Below are positions 22,962-35,339 of a stretch of DNA of 64,000 nucleotides, in pieces. Numbering within the stretch: the first letter of the stretch is position 1; every line of letters starts with the position of its first letter. The stretch spans positions 1,355,234 through 1,419,233 of the forward strand of contig ML992503.1 in NCBI GenBank assembly GCA_010093995.1, given 5' to 3'. Origin of the DNA: Elsinoe ampelina. Taxonomy: Eukaryota. The position numbers and the translations under genes were made by a program. The notes beneath the pieces are model-generated. The model was not told the DNA's origin and did no database searches. It saw only the letters and a program-made list of their open reading frames with translations.

Positions 22962-24395
22962 TCATTGCTGCTGGCACTGTGGCTCGCCGCCCTCTTCGTC
23001 GTCCTCGTCTTCCCATTCGGCGCCAGCGCGAGGATCGCCTGAGCCGGCGCCGAAGCCGTCCATGTTCTCCACTAGTTCGTATGTGATGTCGTCGACGGTC
23101 TCTGCTTCTACAGCCGTTGTTGAGTCTGCGGGCAGTACATCTCTGACCTTCTTCAGCGCTGGCTCGTCGACTAGCCAGCCGTCTTCGGGGAACTTGACTC
23201 GGATGACCAGGTACAAGTCGCCTTTGCTGTCGGATCGCTTCATCGGCATGCCCTCGCCCTTGATCAGTAGGACGTCGTCGGGACGCAGCACCTTTCCCTT
23301 TGGCTGCTGGACCGTGAGCTTGAGACCCCTTCCATCCAGATGCTTGACCACTACTCGATCGATACCGGTCAACGCCTCTCTCAAGCTGATCTCCAGCTCG
23401 CAGCTCAGATCCGCGCCCGCGCGAATGAATGTCTCGTGCTGCTTCTCCGTAATCTCGAAAACCAGATCGCCGGGCTCTTGATCTGGGACCTGATCCGCCT
23501 CGCCAGCCAGCACGATCTTCTCCCCCTCCCTTGCTCCTCTTGGGACGTAGAGCTCCAGGATCTTCTTCTGCGATATCGTCCTCATACCCTTACACTTCTT
23601 ACACTTGTCCTTATCCGCATAGTACAACCCCCTCCCCTTGCAAGTCCCACACGGCACCGTCTCCTGCGTCACCAGCCCCGGTCCAACAGGCCTCAACATC
23701 GTCCTCGAACCTACACCAGTCAGCACACAAACCCCCCTGCCAATCACAGCCCCACTCACCCTTCCCCTCACAACTCCCACACTTCTTCCCCTTTGCCTTC
23801 TCCTTCCCCCCACTCCCACTACACCCCGGACAAACCACATTCTTCGTGCTCGCAAACTTTGTCGTCTTGCCTCTATACAACTCCTCCAACGAAACCTCAT
23901 ACTCCTGCACCTCACTCCTCCCCTTCCTCCTCCCCTGCCCCTGCCCCGGCCCCTCGCCTCCCATCCCTCCCCCCATCCCGAACCCCCCCGGCATTCCCCC
24001 TCCCATCCCCCCAAACATCTGCGCCAGAATATCCTCCATGTCCATGCCCCCGTGGCCTCCCCCGCCGCCGCCGGCACCCCCCTTGTCAAAAGCCGCCATG
24101 CCGTGCTGGTCGTACAGGTGGCGCGTCTGCTCGTCCGACAGGATCTCGTACGCGCGCGAGATGGATTTGAATTTGACGTCGGCGGCTTCGCGTTCGGAGG
24201 CGGGCACTTTGTCCGGGTGCGAGGAGAGGGCGGCGCGGTGGTAGGCTTTTTTGATTTCCGCGGCCGAGGCGGTGCGGGGGATGGAGAGGGTGGCTGGGGA
24301 GTGGGTTAGTGGGGGAGTGAGAGGAGGAGAGGGGGGAGGGATGAGGTAGGGAGGAGAGGGAGCGTACCGTAGAGGTCCTCTTCTTGGGAGGCCAT
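22962..24395 (-). CDS. Type I DnaJ/Hsp40 (Ydj1/Xdj1-like), 3 exons
   Basis: HPDK J-domain, G/F region, four CxxCxG repeats, C-terminal CaaX-like CQQQ. Confidence 0.92.
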
Positions 24396-24715
24396 GGTTG
24401 TGGTGGGGCGGCTGGCAGGCCGGCGCGATGGTGTAGAAGGAGCGACTTTTTTGGAGTGCGAGGGGGTGTATCAAGTCAAGACGAGATCGTGGTGAGGTCG
24501 TGAAATGAGTTGTGGTGAACGAGGGAGGATGGAAGTTGGAGGAGCAAACTTTCTGACGCTGACAAAATTTGGGCGCCACTTTCACATGACAGAAAGTCGC
24601 ACCGGCACTCACCATCACATTCTATCTATACATTCAGAGTATCGCATACAGTACTGTAGTGACACGCGTGTAGCCGTCTGTGCACCATAGGACTGTTATT
24701 AGCTTTGTTACATGC

Positions 24716-27700
24716 TTAGCTCAGCAGCTCCCTGATATCCTCAATGCGCTGAGTCTTCTTTTCCTCCTCGCTCATCATCCCAAGACTGCTAGCTATGAAT
24801 TTCTTCCGGTCTTGTATCTTGAGCATCTTCTCTTCGATACTGGCATCGACCACGAACCGTATCACTTTGACCTCATCCGTCTGACCCATGCGATGAACTC
24901 TGTCGATCGCCTGTGCCTCGACAGCCCAGCTCCACCATGGATCCATCATAAACACTCTCTTTGCGCAAGTCAAATTCAGTCCGACTCCACCTGCTCGCAG
25001 AGACAGCAAAAGGACGCATCCTCTTGGTCTTTCCGCGAAGTAGGTCAATACTGCGGCGCGCTGCTTCTGGGCCATACTTCCATCGAAGCGAAGGTGAGGA
25101 ATGCCGGCTTTGCTGAGCTCAGGCTCCAGTATGTCCAAGAAGCTGGTGAATTGACTGAACACCACACTCTTGATCCCCGGACTCTCCTTTTTGAGCTTCT
25201 TCAGATGGGATAGCAGACTTGCAATCTTTGCGGAGCTGATTTGGTTGACCCTCCTCAGACTGACTCTCGCTTGACTGTTCCTGGAGCCGACAAACAAACC
25301 TTGTTCCTCCTCTTCATCCACGTCATGCCTGACGACCTCGAATACGTCTCTTGCGTTGATCGGCTCCCTGCAATTGAAGCATCTCGGTATCTCGTTCTTC
25401 GCGGTCTGATGGTCGATGTAGTCAAGGAGGCACTTCTTACAAGCGCTATGCCAGCAACCAGTCACGGCCTGATCGTCCATGGGTTCTTCACTACAGATTG
25501 GACATTCGGCTTCGACGTCGTCCTGAATCTGCTTGAGAACATGAGCGCCAAACTTGGATGCATCCTCTTCACCAGCAGCAGCCTCGGCCTCGAACCGTTC
25601 GATCAGATTGCCGAGATCCATGTCATCGGCTAGACCAGCTGCCACGTCGGATGCTGCTTCTGCTTCTGCCTCTTCTGCGGCAATCGCCTTGTTGCGAGTG
25701 AGTGCTGGATGATCGCAGCTCTGTCGAAGTCGGAGAATCTGCGCAAAGATGGTGGTATACGACTTCATCAGAGTGCCCGCCTCAACGTTGGCTGAAAAGG
25801 TCCGCTTTGCCCGAGCGAAGATGTGGTCGTAAAGCTCGCGCTCGGTCTTGCTGAGTTCGACCTTCTCGATGTCAATCGACTTTGGCGGTAGGGGCACCAG
25901 CGGCTCGCCCGAAGGTGTGCGCATATCCTTTGTACGACGCATTACCAAAGGCTCAAGAACTGTCTGTACCACGTCCAGAGCTCGTAGAAAGTCTTTGCTT
26001 TCAAAGGGTACTGTGATGAACGTCTTCCAGAATGAGAAATTCGACCATGGCTCGACTCGCAGGAAGCGGACAAGTGAAAACAAGTCTTCAAGCCTGTTGA
26101 CGATCGGTGTACCCGTGAGAACCCATCTGTGTGTGGCGGAGAGCTCGTAACACGCTTTCGCTGTTTTGGACTGACGATTCTTGATCATGTGTGCTTCATC
26201 AAGAATGATGCGGAAGTAGTTGAGAGAAAAGAGGCCACCAGAAGATCCTTTGGCTGTGCCGGAAGATGACAAGCTCGTGTATTCCGATAAGACTGTTCCG
26301 TATGAGGTCACGATTAGATTTGGAGCATTGGCAGCATTCGCCTCGCAGCAGAGACTCTGCAGGTTGGCAGATTTGTCCGCTCCATAATACATGAGAGTCT
26401 TGAGTGTCCCCGGTTTTGAGGCCTTCTCTGCTTCGCTAGCCCATTGAGCCAGTAGAGACATTGGTGCAATGACTAGTGTCGTGCATGGCGCTCGCTCCAC
26501 TGCCGACGAGTTCTTTGGAAGGCGCGGAAGGTCTAGCATAGATCCCGTCGACCGACCACCGCCGAGGCCATACTCGGAGGTATGCGAGTGGACGAGACTC
26601 AACATCTCGATGGTCTTGCCTAAGCCCATCTCATCGGCCAGAATACCGCCCAAGCAATTCTGTTCTTGTACAGGAAAGTCTAATGACAGTTCGCCAGAAT
26701 ACGGATTGACATAGAAGCTGTTTTGATCGTCGACAGAGGGTAGATCCTTTTCGTCGACATCTTTCGCAGGCCAGTGGTATTCCTCCCAGAGAGGATGCAT
26801 GGAAACCTCTTTGTTCTCAGACTTTTGGTCCTTTTCCTTTCCGACCATCCAATGAAGGGCTTGCTTCTGGTATTTCCTTAGATCCATGTTGAAGGTGTCT
26901 CCGGGCTGCATTTCAGGAGTGTCGAAATCGAATGATTGTGCTTTCTTGTACAATGAGTCGAGCTGATCTTGCTCGAGCTCTTGACCTTCCTCGTTGTCAT
27001 CCGAAGATGGAGATGACCCGCCATTCTGCGTCGAGCTATCTTTGGGTTTCCCATCATGCTTTTCAGCTAGTTCTGCTGCCTGCAAGATCCCTTCCCTTTT
27101 ATGCTTCTCGGTCATCTCATTCACTCGTACGGGAGCAAGATTGATCTCGGAAAAGACTCTGACTAGGGCCACTTGTCGTAGCCGTAGCTTCCTCTCCTCG
27201 TCTGTCTCCTTTGCTTCGAAAATCCCAGTCTGACGGTTGTTTTCTAATGGCTTTACGTAGTTCGCCGAGTCAAACGTTTTGCGTGAGAGGAATGTCCGGA
27301 GCTGAAGAAACACAGTATCGTTTGTCCGCACTCGGTCAGGAGCAAAGATACAACTGCCTTCGAATTCTACAACTTGCTGGTCTAGCAAGGTAGATATCCA
27401 TGCTGCGTTGTCTTGCTCGAGCCTCCCGACCTCCTCGCCCTTGTTGTTTAGGAATCTTACCACGACATCCGGCTTCTTCATCGCTGCTCTTGACAGTCCT
27501 CCTCTCCCAGCTTTGGCCGCTGGTGTCCGTGGAGCTGATCTTTCTATCTTGATCTTCTCTCCTGATCTCAACAAACTGCTCCCACTCTTTGTAGTCCAGC
27601 CAGCTACGCCAAAGGCACCAATGTAACGTTTGTCAGGCATGGCAGACAGTGACGGTGCCCTTGGGGAGACTTCTCGCGGTGAGCCCCCAGACGGACTGTT

Positions 27701-28132
27701 TCTGGACTGCACGCTGCTCGAGCCCGGTTTGAACGCCGCTGTAATGTTGCCAGCGGCTTTGTTGTTCGTTGTGGAGGTCGTTCGCGCCGGTATCGTATGC
27801 TCGAAAGTCTTCCAGGAGCCGTCGAAGTACATATTGATAGCGCGGTTGACATCTCCATCTGAAGCCTTCTCGAGAGCTTTCAAGGTGGTATCCGACAAGG
27901 GTTCACCGGTAATGGCCATGATCTGTTCTCGGTCGAACCCACTGGGAGCTTCGCTGACATCCCCCATATTGACGTCCGCCGAGCCATTCTGTCCTGCGCC
28001 GGAGGTTGTTGCAGTCGTCCCATCGTTAGCCGGTCCATGTTGGTCAAATGCGTGCTCTTGTACAGGTGAATCGTCAACGAAGAATCTTCGCTTTTTCGTG
28101 GGTCGATCTGATGGCTCGGCAAAGCTCATCAT
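24716..28132 (-). CDS. RAD5: DNA repair protein Rad5 (HIRAN, SNF2 helicase, RING)
   Basis: GGILADEMGLGKT, DEAH, RING CPIC...CWHSAC..C...CFNC, QAIDRVHRMGQ; no introns needed. Confidence 0.96.
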   Translation of the reverse strand: MMSFAEPSDRPTKKRRFFVDDSPVQEHAFDQHGPANDGTTATTSGAGQNGSADVNMGDVSEAPSGFDREQIMAITGEPLSDTTLKALEKASDGDVNRAINMYFDGSWKTFEHTIPARTTSTTNNKAAGNITAAFKPGSSSVQSRNSPSGGSPREVSPRAPSLSAMPDKRYIGAFGVAGWTTKSGSSLLRSGEKIKIERSAPRTPAAKAGRGGLSRAAMKKPDVVVRFLNNKGEEVGRLEQDNAAWISTLLDQQVVEFEGSCIFAPDRVRTNDTVFLQLRTFLSRKTFDSANYVKPLENNRQTGIFEAKETDEERKLRLRQVALVRVFSEINLAPVRVNEMTEKHKREGILQAAELAEKHDGKPKDSSTQNGGSSPSSDDNEEGQELEQDQLDSLYKKAQSFDFDTPEMQPGDTFNMDLRKYQKQALHWMVGKEKDQKSENKEVSMHPLWEEYHWPAKDVDEKDLPSVDDQNSFYVNPYSGELSLDFPVQEQNCLGGILADEMGLGKTIEMLSLVHSHTSEYGLGGGRSTGSMLDLPRLPKNSSAVERAPCTTLVIAPMSLLAQWASEAEKASKPGTLKTLMYYGADKSANLQSLCCEANAANAPNLIVTSYGTVLSEYTSLSSSGTAKGSSGGLFSLNYFRIILDEAHMIKNRQSKTAKACYELSATHRWVLTGTPIVNRLEDLFSLVRFLRVEPWSNFSFWKTFITVPFESKDFLRALDVVQTVLEPLVMRRTKDMRTPSGEPLVPLPPKSIDIEKVELSKTERELYDHIFARAKRTFSANVEAGTLMKSYTTIFAQILRLRQSCDHPALTRNKAIAAEEAEAEAASDVAAGLADDMDLGNLIERFEAEAAAGEEDASKFGAHVLKQIQDDVEAECPICSEEPMDDQAVTGCWHSACKKCLLDYIDHQTAKNEIPRCFNCREPINARDVFEVVRHDVDEEEEQGLFVGSRNSQARVSLRRVNQISSAKIASLLSHLKKLKKESPGIKSVVFSQFTSFLDILEPELSKAGIPHLRFDGSMAQKQRAAVLTYFAERPRGCVLLLSLRAGGVGLNLTCAKRVFMMDPWWSWAVEAQAIDRVHRMGQTDEVKVIRFVVDASIEEKMLKIQDRKKFIASSLGMMSEEEKKTQRIEDIRELLS

Positions 28133-28499
28133 GGCATTTGAGACTATCCGCAGTGCCTGGTGAAGTGAGTGGCGGCCTTTATGAAAAAACCGGCCAGGTT
28201 GATGTCGGAGGGAGACGCGTTCTGACACGCGAAATCAATTTGCCCCCGCGAACGTCATCAAGAAAATGAAGATGAGAGGCAGCATGTCTTCGTCTTCAAC
28301 ATTCATGCATTGACTCTTATCGTGTTCGGCTTTCTTCATTTGCATCCTTGTTACCTTGTAAATAGGGCAATGTCGGCATAGGTCTGGTCGAGGGGCACTG
28401 TACATACTGTAATGGCTGGACGTACTTGAGCATCACTATTCGCCAGCAAATTTTGAGCTTGCCTTACAGTAGCACTCCGTCCGCGGTCAAGCACCGGCA

Positions 28500-29705
28500 A
28501 TGCGTCCATCTGATGCTCCGAAGACACGGTCGATTTTGAGCTCGAAATTTCGCACGTATCGACCTCGGACGAGATGGTATTCACAGTACAGTCCATCTGC
28601 TGCGACCAAAGTAACGGCAGAAGAGATCAACTCGGCCAGGAATTACTGCTTGAACAGTTTGATGTACGACAGGGAATCAGAGTAGTGTGCAATCAGTGCT
28701 GAAATTGATAGGAAATATGATACGCCCTCATATCTTGCTCGGAGCTACATCCCAGCACCAGCATGGGATGCATTCATAGCCATTCGTGCCTTTAATCTCG
28801 ATGTGGCGAGGACGGCAGACACAACCAGCACTCCGACCGTCGGTGCCATGCGTCTACAATTCCAGAAGGATGCCGTTGCGAAGACATTGGCTGGATCACC
28901 GCCTAAACAGCCAGTCTTCACGCTACTTTCGAAGGCTGTCGACGACTTGCAGCGAAGGACTGATGGGAAGTCAAACTTTTCAAAGAACTGGCTGAATAGA
29001 ATCATCACTTCAAGAGAGCAGTATCTGGGCAACCCGCCGTACCCTGATATGAAAGCACTTGAAAGCTATGCCGAAAATACTTACTCAACCTTAATGTATC
29101 TTACACTACAAGCACTACCAATGGCTTCAGTCAGTGCCGACCACCTGGCTTCACACATAGGCAAGGCAACCGGTATAACTACCATTTTGAAAGGACTGCC
29201 GCTCATAGCCTTTCCTGGAGAGCAAAGGCATCATTCGAATCAAGAAGGGTTCTCGGGCGCAGTCGGCTCAACTAGGCAAGGAGCAGTGCTACTGCCACTT
29301 GATATCATGGCAGAGTATGGCGTGAAAGAAGAGGATGTACTTCGGAATGGCTCGGACGCCGCTGGCTTGCGAGATGCAGTATTCGCAGTAGCTACCCGAG
29401 CCAACGATCACCTGATCACAGCTCGAGAGATGCTTAAAAACATTCGAGCGGGACGGGACGCAGGTCACGATTTTGAGCATCAGGATGAAGAAGAGCACGC
29501 CCATGCTGCCTCTTCCACATCGAAATCGACACCGGCACAAGAGATAGACAAGGCTTTTGGTGTATTCATGCCGGCGGTACACACCAGCCTGTGGCTGCAG
29601 CGGCTCGAAAAGCACGACTTTGACATTTTCAACCCAAAGCTGCGCATGACCGACTGGAAGCTTCCCTGGAGAACCTGGTGGTCATTCACTCGAAAATCGA
29701 TATGA
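28500..29705 (+). CDS. NDUFAF6: Complex I assembly factor (squalene/phytoene synthase fold)
   Basis: Mitochondrial-type presequence; intron 28664..28711; AIRAFNLDVA, MRLQF, ESYAENTYSTL, DH.ASHIGKA. Confidence 0.88.
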
Positions 29706-29997
29706 AGGTTCGCATGTAAAAAAGCATATGTATCAACAAACTTCCTGACAGCCATGCTTTTCCCATCTGGAATTCATCCACGACCCATGCTTTTCTGCAG
29801 GTACAGCCAACTCTAATCCGTGACAGCGAATTCAGTCGAATATACCATCATGCGAGAGTTCATTACACGGAAAAAGGGATTATAACATGGATAAGTCGAG
29901 TTTTCCTTTTGGCACTGTGGCAATATAATATACGCTGTCTTTCCCGCTGTGTTCCTTCTCAGGTTCTTGTCATATCACATCGATATCCACAAGAAAC

Positions 29998-30310
29998 ACT
30001 ACCAGGTCGCCACAACGACCATAACATCAAACTAGAACTACCAGTTCCAGGCATCAGAGTTACTACCACACCGCACAAATTACTACCAGCATCCTCAATC
30101 GAGTCAGCTTTTCACGCGATCCCACCAATCTAGTACTACCAGACTCTCGAAAGAACTACCAGCATCCTCTACCAGGACCTACTGTTCATCCAGCCCTGGC
30201 AATCCAATACTACCAGATTCCTCTGATTACTACCAGCATCACCTACCAGCCTTCAAGATCCACTCATCCTCGCCATCCCCATCCACCCAGCATCCCACAA
30301 TTACTACCAG
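29998..30310 (+). repeat. Dispersed (TTA)CTACCAG motif array upstream of the 30322 gene
   Basis: About 11 CTACCA(G) copies in ~310 bp, all in the same orientation. Confidence 0.8.
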
Positions 30311-30321
30311 AACGAACCACC

Positions 30322-31347
30322 ATGTCGACCACCTCCTCACCCTTCTCCTCCACCCGCTCCACCCGCGCCACCCTCCTCACGACCCTCACCGCCCTCTCCC
30401 CCTCCCTCGCCTCCGAAACAAAAGCCCACTTCCTCTCCCTCTCCTCCCACGAAGACGCCGCCTACGACATCGCCTTCACCATGCAGGCGAAATGGGAGCA
30501 AGCCGCGTCCGCGCTGGAGCAGGAGCGTTCCCTCCGCGTCGCGGCGGAGGCTTCGGCGCGGGACAGCGCCGCCGTGGAGCGGGGGTTTGCGGCGCAGAGA
30601 GCGTTGGGGGAGGAAGTGGCGTTTTTGAGGCGGGAGGTGAGGGATGTCGGGCGGGAACTGGAGGAGGAGAGCGGGGTCCGAGGGACGCTTGAGAGGGAGA
30701 AGGAGGGGTTGAGGGGTCAGGTGGAGGAGTTGGAGGCTGAGGTCGGGGGGCTGAAGGCCGCGCTGGAGTGGGAGGGGATGCGGAGGGTGGAGGCCGAGAG
30801 GGAGGTGGTCAGGGAGAAGGGGCGGGGGCAGGCGCGGACTTGGGATGTCTTGAGGGATTTGTTGCGGGAGACGGAGAGGCGGGCGGGCGCCGAGGTGGAG
30901 GTGGAGAGGTTGCGGGGTCGGCTGTCGCAGGTTGAGGTGCGGGCGAGACGGGAGGAGCTTGGGTTGAGGAGGCGGCTGTGTGAGGAGCGGCAGAGGGCGT
31001 TGAGGGTGGGAAGGAGGGATTGGGAGAGGATGGGCGCGGTGTTGGCGGATGAGCAGATGTGGATGAGGTTGGCGAGGGCGAGGGGGGAGGCGCTAGCTGT
31101 GGAGAGGGTGAGGAGGAGGGCGCTGGAGGAATTGTTAGGTGATAGGGAGGATGATGAAGAGGAGGCCGACGTGGGAGAAGGTGAGGAGCAGCATGACGAG
31201 GAGGATGAGGTCGTGGAGGTCGAGGAGTCGGGATTGGAGGGGGGAGATGCTGAGGATGACGAGTCTGAGGACCAACGCTCGGACTGTACGTTGGTCGAGC
31301 AGTTGATAGACGTCCCACCTGCAGACTATGGGTCGCATAGCTGGTGA
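30322..31347 (+). CDS. Hypothetical coiled-coil protein with acidic tail
   Basis: 341-aa ORF in a good start context (ccaccATG); E/R heptad-rich. Confidence 0.65.
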   Translation: MSTTSSPFSSTRSTRATLLTTLTALSPSLASETKAHFLSLSSHEDAAYDIAFTMQAKWEQAASALEQERSLRVAAEASARDSAAVERGFAAQRALGEEVAFLRREVRDVGRELEEESGVRGTLEREKEGLRGQVEELEAEVGGLKAALEWEGMRRVEAEREVVREKGRGQARTWDVLRDLLRETERRAGAEVEVERLRGRLSQVEVRARREELGLRRRLCEERQRALRVGRRDWERMGAVLADEQMWMRLARARGEALAVERVRRRALEELLGDREDDEEEADVGEGEEQHDEEDEVVEVEESGLEGGDAEDDESEDQRSDCTLVEQLIDVPPADYGSHSW

Positions 31348-31685
31348 GACCCATTATGGCTTGAGAACATTGCTGAGGCGGCCATTGCATTAGTCGACAT
31401 CCATAGTAACCTGGTGTGGACGGACAAGACAAACAACAAGGTCGAGAAGTGTGCAACTCGTCTTACGTTGGAAAACTTGTCAACGAAAGAGCAGTCTCAC
31501 AAATTCAGACCGTAGCCGCTCGTGAAAATTAGATAGATTGACATGGCCGTCTCCTAGCAAGAGGTCAACTATATACACGAAGCACACACGCATCGAATGA
31601 AGCACGCATGCTCTCCTACCATGCCATGCAAGGTTCCTGTTCCATGATCCCATTGGCTCTCGCGTCCAACATCTATGGTATGTGC

Positions 31686-32546
31686 TTAATACCTCTTCTC
31701 CTCGTAGCCACCGAGTCCTCGGTCAGCTGCGGCCTTCTTCCTCAAAGCCGCGAGCCTCTTCTTCTTCGCATATGTGTTGATGTAGGTACCAATGACGAAC
31801 GCCACAATGTTGAAGAATGGTACCCAGGTCTCCTGCGGCAGGAATTGCTGGGCGAATGCAAGGGCAATTGGCGATGAGATCCAGGACATCTTCATGACTG
31901 GCCAGAAGCCAGTACGTACGGATGCCTCGATCTGATGGTATCTCCGTGCGCCAGCAATGATCGCCATGGACGCAAGGTAGATAGTGTTCTGAATTGGAGC
32001 AATCTGTGGGGTGGTCAGCGGCTGTCTGGTGGGCCAAGTAGATCGAGGATGCTTACCACCAAGTTGCTGAAGATGATCTGGAGGACCTTTGCCTTCAAGC
32101 TCGTCCGTCCGGCAAAGATGCGCTGGAGGATGCCAACCAGGATATGACCCATCGGAGCAGATACGAAGGCGCCAAATGCAGCCATCTTCGGCACACGTGA
32201 GGTGAAGTAGTGGCCATTCTTGTTCCTATCTTTTGCGATCCATGATGCGAGAAGTTCCTGGGTAGCAGACAGAGAAGCGCTGGTCAACATCTTCGTCCGA
32301 AGCGGGTTCGACTGCAGTTGCTTGAGGTAGGCCTGGGAGAAGTCAACAGAGACTCTAGAGCAGCGGCGAGGTCCGGAAGGAGCGTGTATTGTTCCAGAAA
32401 CCTCATTGAAGCATACATACAGCAAGATAGCCCTGAGGCTCGCCGCCCTTTGTCAATGCATCTCCAATCTTGTGAACGATGTCCTCGCGCTTGCCCGAGT
32501 CCACCGCAGCGCGGAGTGTTTCCTTTTGGTCGAACTTGACAGACAT
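31686..32546 (-). CDS. Mpv17/PXMP2 (PMP22) family membrane protein, 3 exons
   Basis: MSVKF...GYLA|AYLKQLQSNPLRTKMLTS; SWISSPIALAFAQQFLP..WVPFFN. Confidence 0.9.
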
Positions 32547-33587
32547 GTTTGCTGTTTCCTCTCGCAAGAGGTGGAGAAAGGAAGAGAGGGAGAGGACGGA
32601 AAGAAGACCTGAGTCCTCGGCTCGGAAATAGCAGACGATTGCCGCGAATCGAGGAAAAAAGTCGCCAACGGTCGTGAGATAGTGGAGGGCAGCGATAAAA
32701 GCTGGGGACGGTTGGAGATGATGAAGCTCGTCACAAAGCGCAAGGGCAGCGGCCGTTTAGGGCCTCTCGCGTGCTGAGTAGTGCTTGCCTTGAGTTTGCG
32801 GCTCTACAAGCTGCGGACAGTTGCCGTGGGTGACAAGCGAAAATTGCCGAGGGCCGTTTGGCAGGGACGGGAGTCTGTGCGTATGTGCAGCGGCCGGGAA
32901 GAAGTGGGGTCATCGCCAAGGGTGGTTTCCAACGACTTCACATTCTTCACATGGCCATCACATACTATCTGTCATGACCTGTGCGGGTGTTGAAAGACGA
33001 GACGCGAGATGTCGGGATAGCTGTCAGACGGTCCTCCCTCGCAAGGTCAGTCGCAGTCGACATGGACTGACTGTAGACACCACCTATCGCTTGTCGCGCC
33101 ACGGGGTTTGCGTCTCCTCCAGCAGACAGTGAAAGGTCTCCGGCACACTGAAGAGCTCAGATAACCATACACGCTATTGCTGGAAATGTGTAAGCGACGG
33201 CTATCCTTCGACCTGGCCGTCCTCTCTTTGTCATACCTTGCTTGATGCCTTGTTCCACTTCCAGTTGCTGTTATTCGCGCATATGCCAAAGAGTTCGCTA
33301 TATTGCAGCCCACCCGTGATGCAAACATGTCCGATTGACCGAAATAAAGAGCCTGTCAGATTGCCACTAAACAGAAGAACGATTTGCAGCGAGATGGATA
33401 CCCAGCGACGTGGTTGGCTTCCCGCTTTGGACGCTCCTGCGCAAAGCTCTTCACGAGCTTTCAAACGCACTTTCCCATGCCAGCATGAAATTGCGCCTTC
33501 TCACACACCACTCTTCACCTCGAATCATTGGCTTTCCCTACCCATGCAGACCGACCCAAGCCCATCACTTACATATTTTTCATTACG

Positions 33588-35036
33588 ATGGCGACTACAA
33601 CGAGACACACGAATACCAGCAACAGCAACCAAGTTCTCCCGCCAGCGAACGACCCTTTTGTCATCCAACAGCGGCCCCGCCCACAATGCACTCACACCAA
33701 CATGAACCGAATTCACGGCCCATATCGTTGTGACCAATGTGGCCATGTCTCAGAGTACGGCTGGGTCTATCAATGTGCGCAAGACGTCGAGAACAACGTC
33801 CCAATCTCCTCTGATGAACACTTCTTCATGGCCCTGGCTCCAAAAGACTGGGACCACAGGAAGGAAATGTCAGCACTTGGAATCAGTCCCTCCGTCCTGG
33901 CACAGTACGATGCTGGTCTCTACACCTCCGATCAAGTCCAGAAGATTAAGGATCAGAAGAGGTATCTTCATCAAGTTCTGGTCCATGAGATAAACAGTGA
34001 GATCAACAGGGCGAGCCTTTTTCAGTACGCCGCAGAGTCTATCCAGCGCAGTCCCAGTGGAGCTGTGAGACCAAGTGAAGATACGCAGGATCAGTACTAC
34101 CGACAGCCAGCACCTACTATGCGTCGCCTGGGTCAGCCTGACACAGTGAGTATGGCTATATGTCGGTTCAAATGTTGCCATCGCTGCCGTCCGTTCTATC
34201 GAGACCGAGTGTACACATCCTTTGAGGAAGTCATGAACGGTGAGACTGCAGCTATTGCAGAACGAGACGCTGGCGAGCTTCAGGTGTTGGATGCCAACGT
34301 TCTCAAGAGAATAAGCTACAATGCCTTGCGACCGGCCACCGACATACCATCGAACACCACCGTCCACGATTTTGCGAAGAGTCCTACCCGGGAGCCGTCC
34401 TCGGAGCTTTCAAGCGTCACTTTGAGCACCTCCGCATCAACCGGCAGTATCGCGGTATATTGCGACGACGTTCTCCACAGTCCGATCGCTTCAACCGCGT
34501 CCAGCCCGGTGGCTTCGATGACTCCCTCTTCTCTCGCCTCTCCTCGGACCACTCTATCCTCCATCAGTTTGCCAATCACCCCTTCATCGGTACACGACTG
34601 GTCTGCTGAAGCGCATGATCTCGGTCCACTCAGCGATCATGCATCCGCTCCGCATGACACCTGGCCGCTTCCATCGAATGCCACAATGGGCGGAGGAGAA
34701 AAAGAGGAGGAAAACAAAAGCGTCGAATACGAGATGACTCTGCCCATCCGTGGAGGCAGGCCGAATGAAGGTACCAGGACCAGCTCTAGCGCACTATCAA
34801 GCCTCGTCAGTGCAAGTAGCTATCATGATGAGATGGACGTGGAGGGAGGTGTTGCCCTGACCGAGGCGGCTGTAGGTACTGGGGTGCCTGACATTATCAC
34901 CCGCCCAGGAACACCAGACATTGACCGTCCGACATCCGAATATATGCTGGCCACCAAAAACAGCATCAACATGGACACGCTGGACGCTCTATTCCCAGCA
35001 ACATCCGGGCATCAGCGCACAGAGACGCAGACTTAG
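33588..35036 (+). CDS. Hypothetical protein with Cys/His zinc-finger-like clusters
   Basis: CTH...CDQC...GWVYQC and C.FKCCHRCRP; Ser-rich linker; C-terminal GGVALTEAAV..GVPDII. Confidence 0.7.
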   Translation: MATTTRHTNTSNSNQVLPPANDPFVIQQRPRPQCTHTNMNRIHGPYRCDQCGHVSEYGWVYQCAQDVENNVPISSDEHFFMALAPKDWDHRKEMSALGISPSVLAQYDAGLYTSDQVQKIKDQKRYLHQVLVHEINSEINRASLFQYAAESIQRSPSGAVRPSEDTQDQYYRQPAPTMRRLGQPDTVSMAICRFKCCHRCRPFYRDRVYTSFEEVMNGETAAIAERDAGELQVLDANVLKRISYNALRPATDIPSNTTVHDFAKSPTREPSSELSSVTLSTSASTGSIAVYCDDVLHSPIASTASSPVASMTPSSLASPRTTLSSISLPITPSSVHDWSAEAHDLGPLSDHASAPHDTWPLPSNATMGGGEKEEENKSVEYEMTLPIRGGRPNEGTRTSSSALSSLVSASSYHDEMDVEGGVALTEAAVGTGVPDIITRPGTPDIDRPTSEYMLATKNSINMDTLDALFPATSGHQRTETQT

Positions 35037-35339
35037 CACGACAGCGATGAGATCTTGGGACGGGTACCAAGAAAGGAGAGGAGCACAGAGACTTTGAGTT
35101 TGCCGCTCGTGCCGGGAGCATATACATTCGAGGACGAAGGTGGGCATAGCTAGTGGCATCACTTCTGGTGGCGATGAAAAGGGTCGGAAACAATCCGGAC
35201 GTTCTAACGAGGTGGGAGACCAGGATCGTCACATCATCATCCAGCACGGATAGCACACGAGGCAAGTAGAGTGATCAACAAAAGTTTTTTGATTTCCATA
35301 CAAAAGAAACCGCTATGCAGTCTTCCAATTCAGACACTC

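Noticed and set aside
28500..29705. Terpene/carotenoid biosynthetic cluster
   Set aside because: Motifs fit NDUFAF6, no clear DDxxD pair, no pathway genes nearby
29998..30310. CRISPR-like or precursor-peptide repeat array
   Set aside because: Motif only 7-10 bp, irregular spacing, not frame-locked, eukaryotic context, no cas genes
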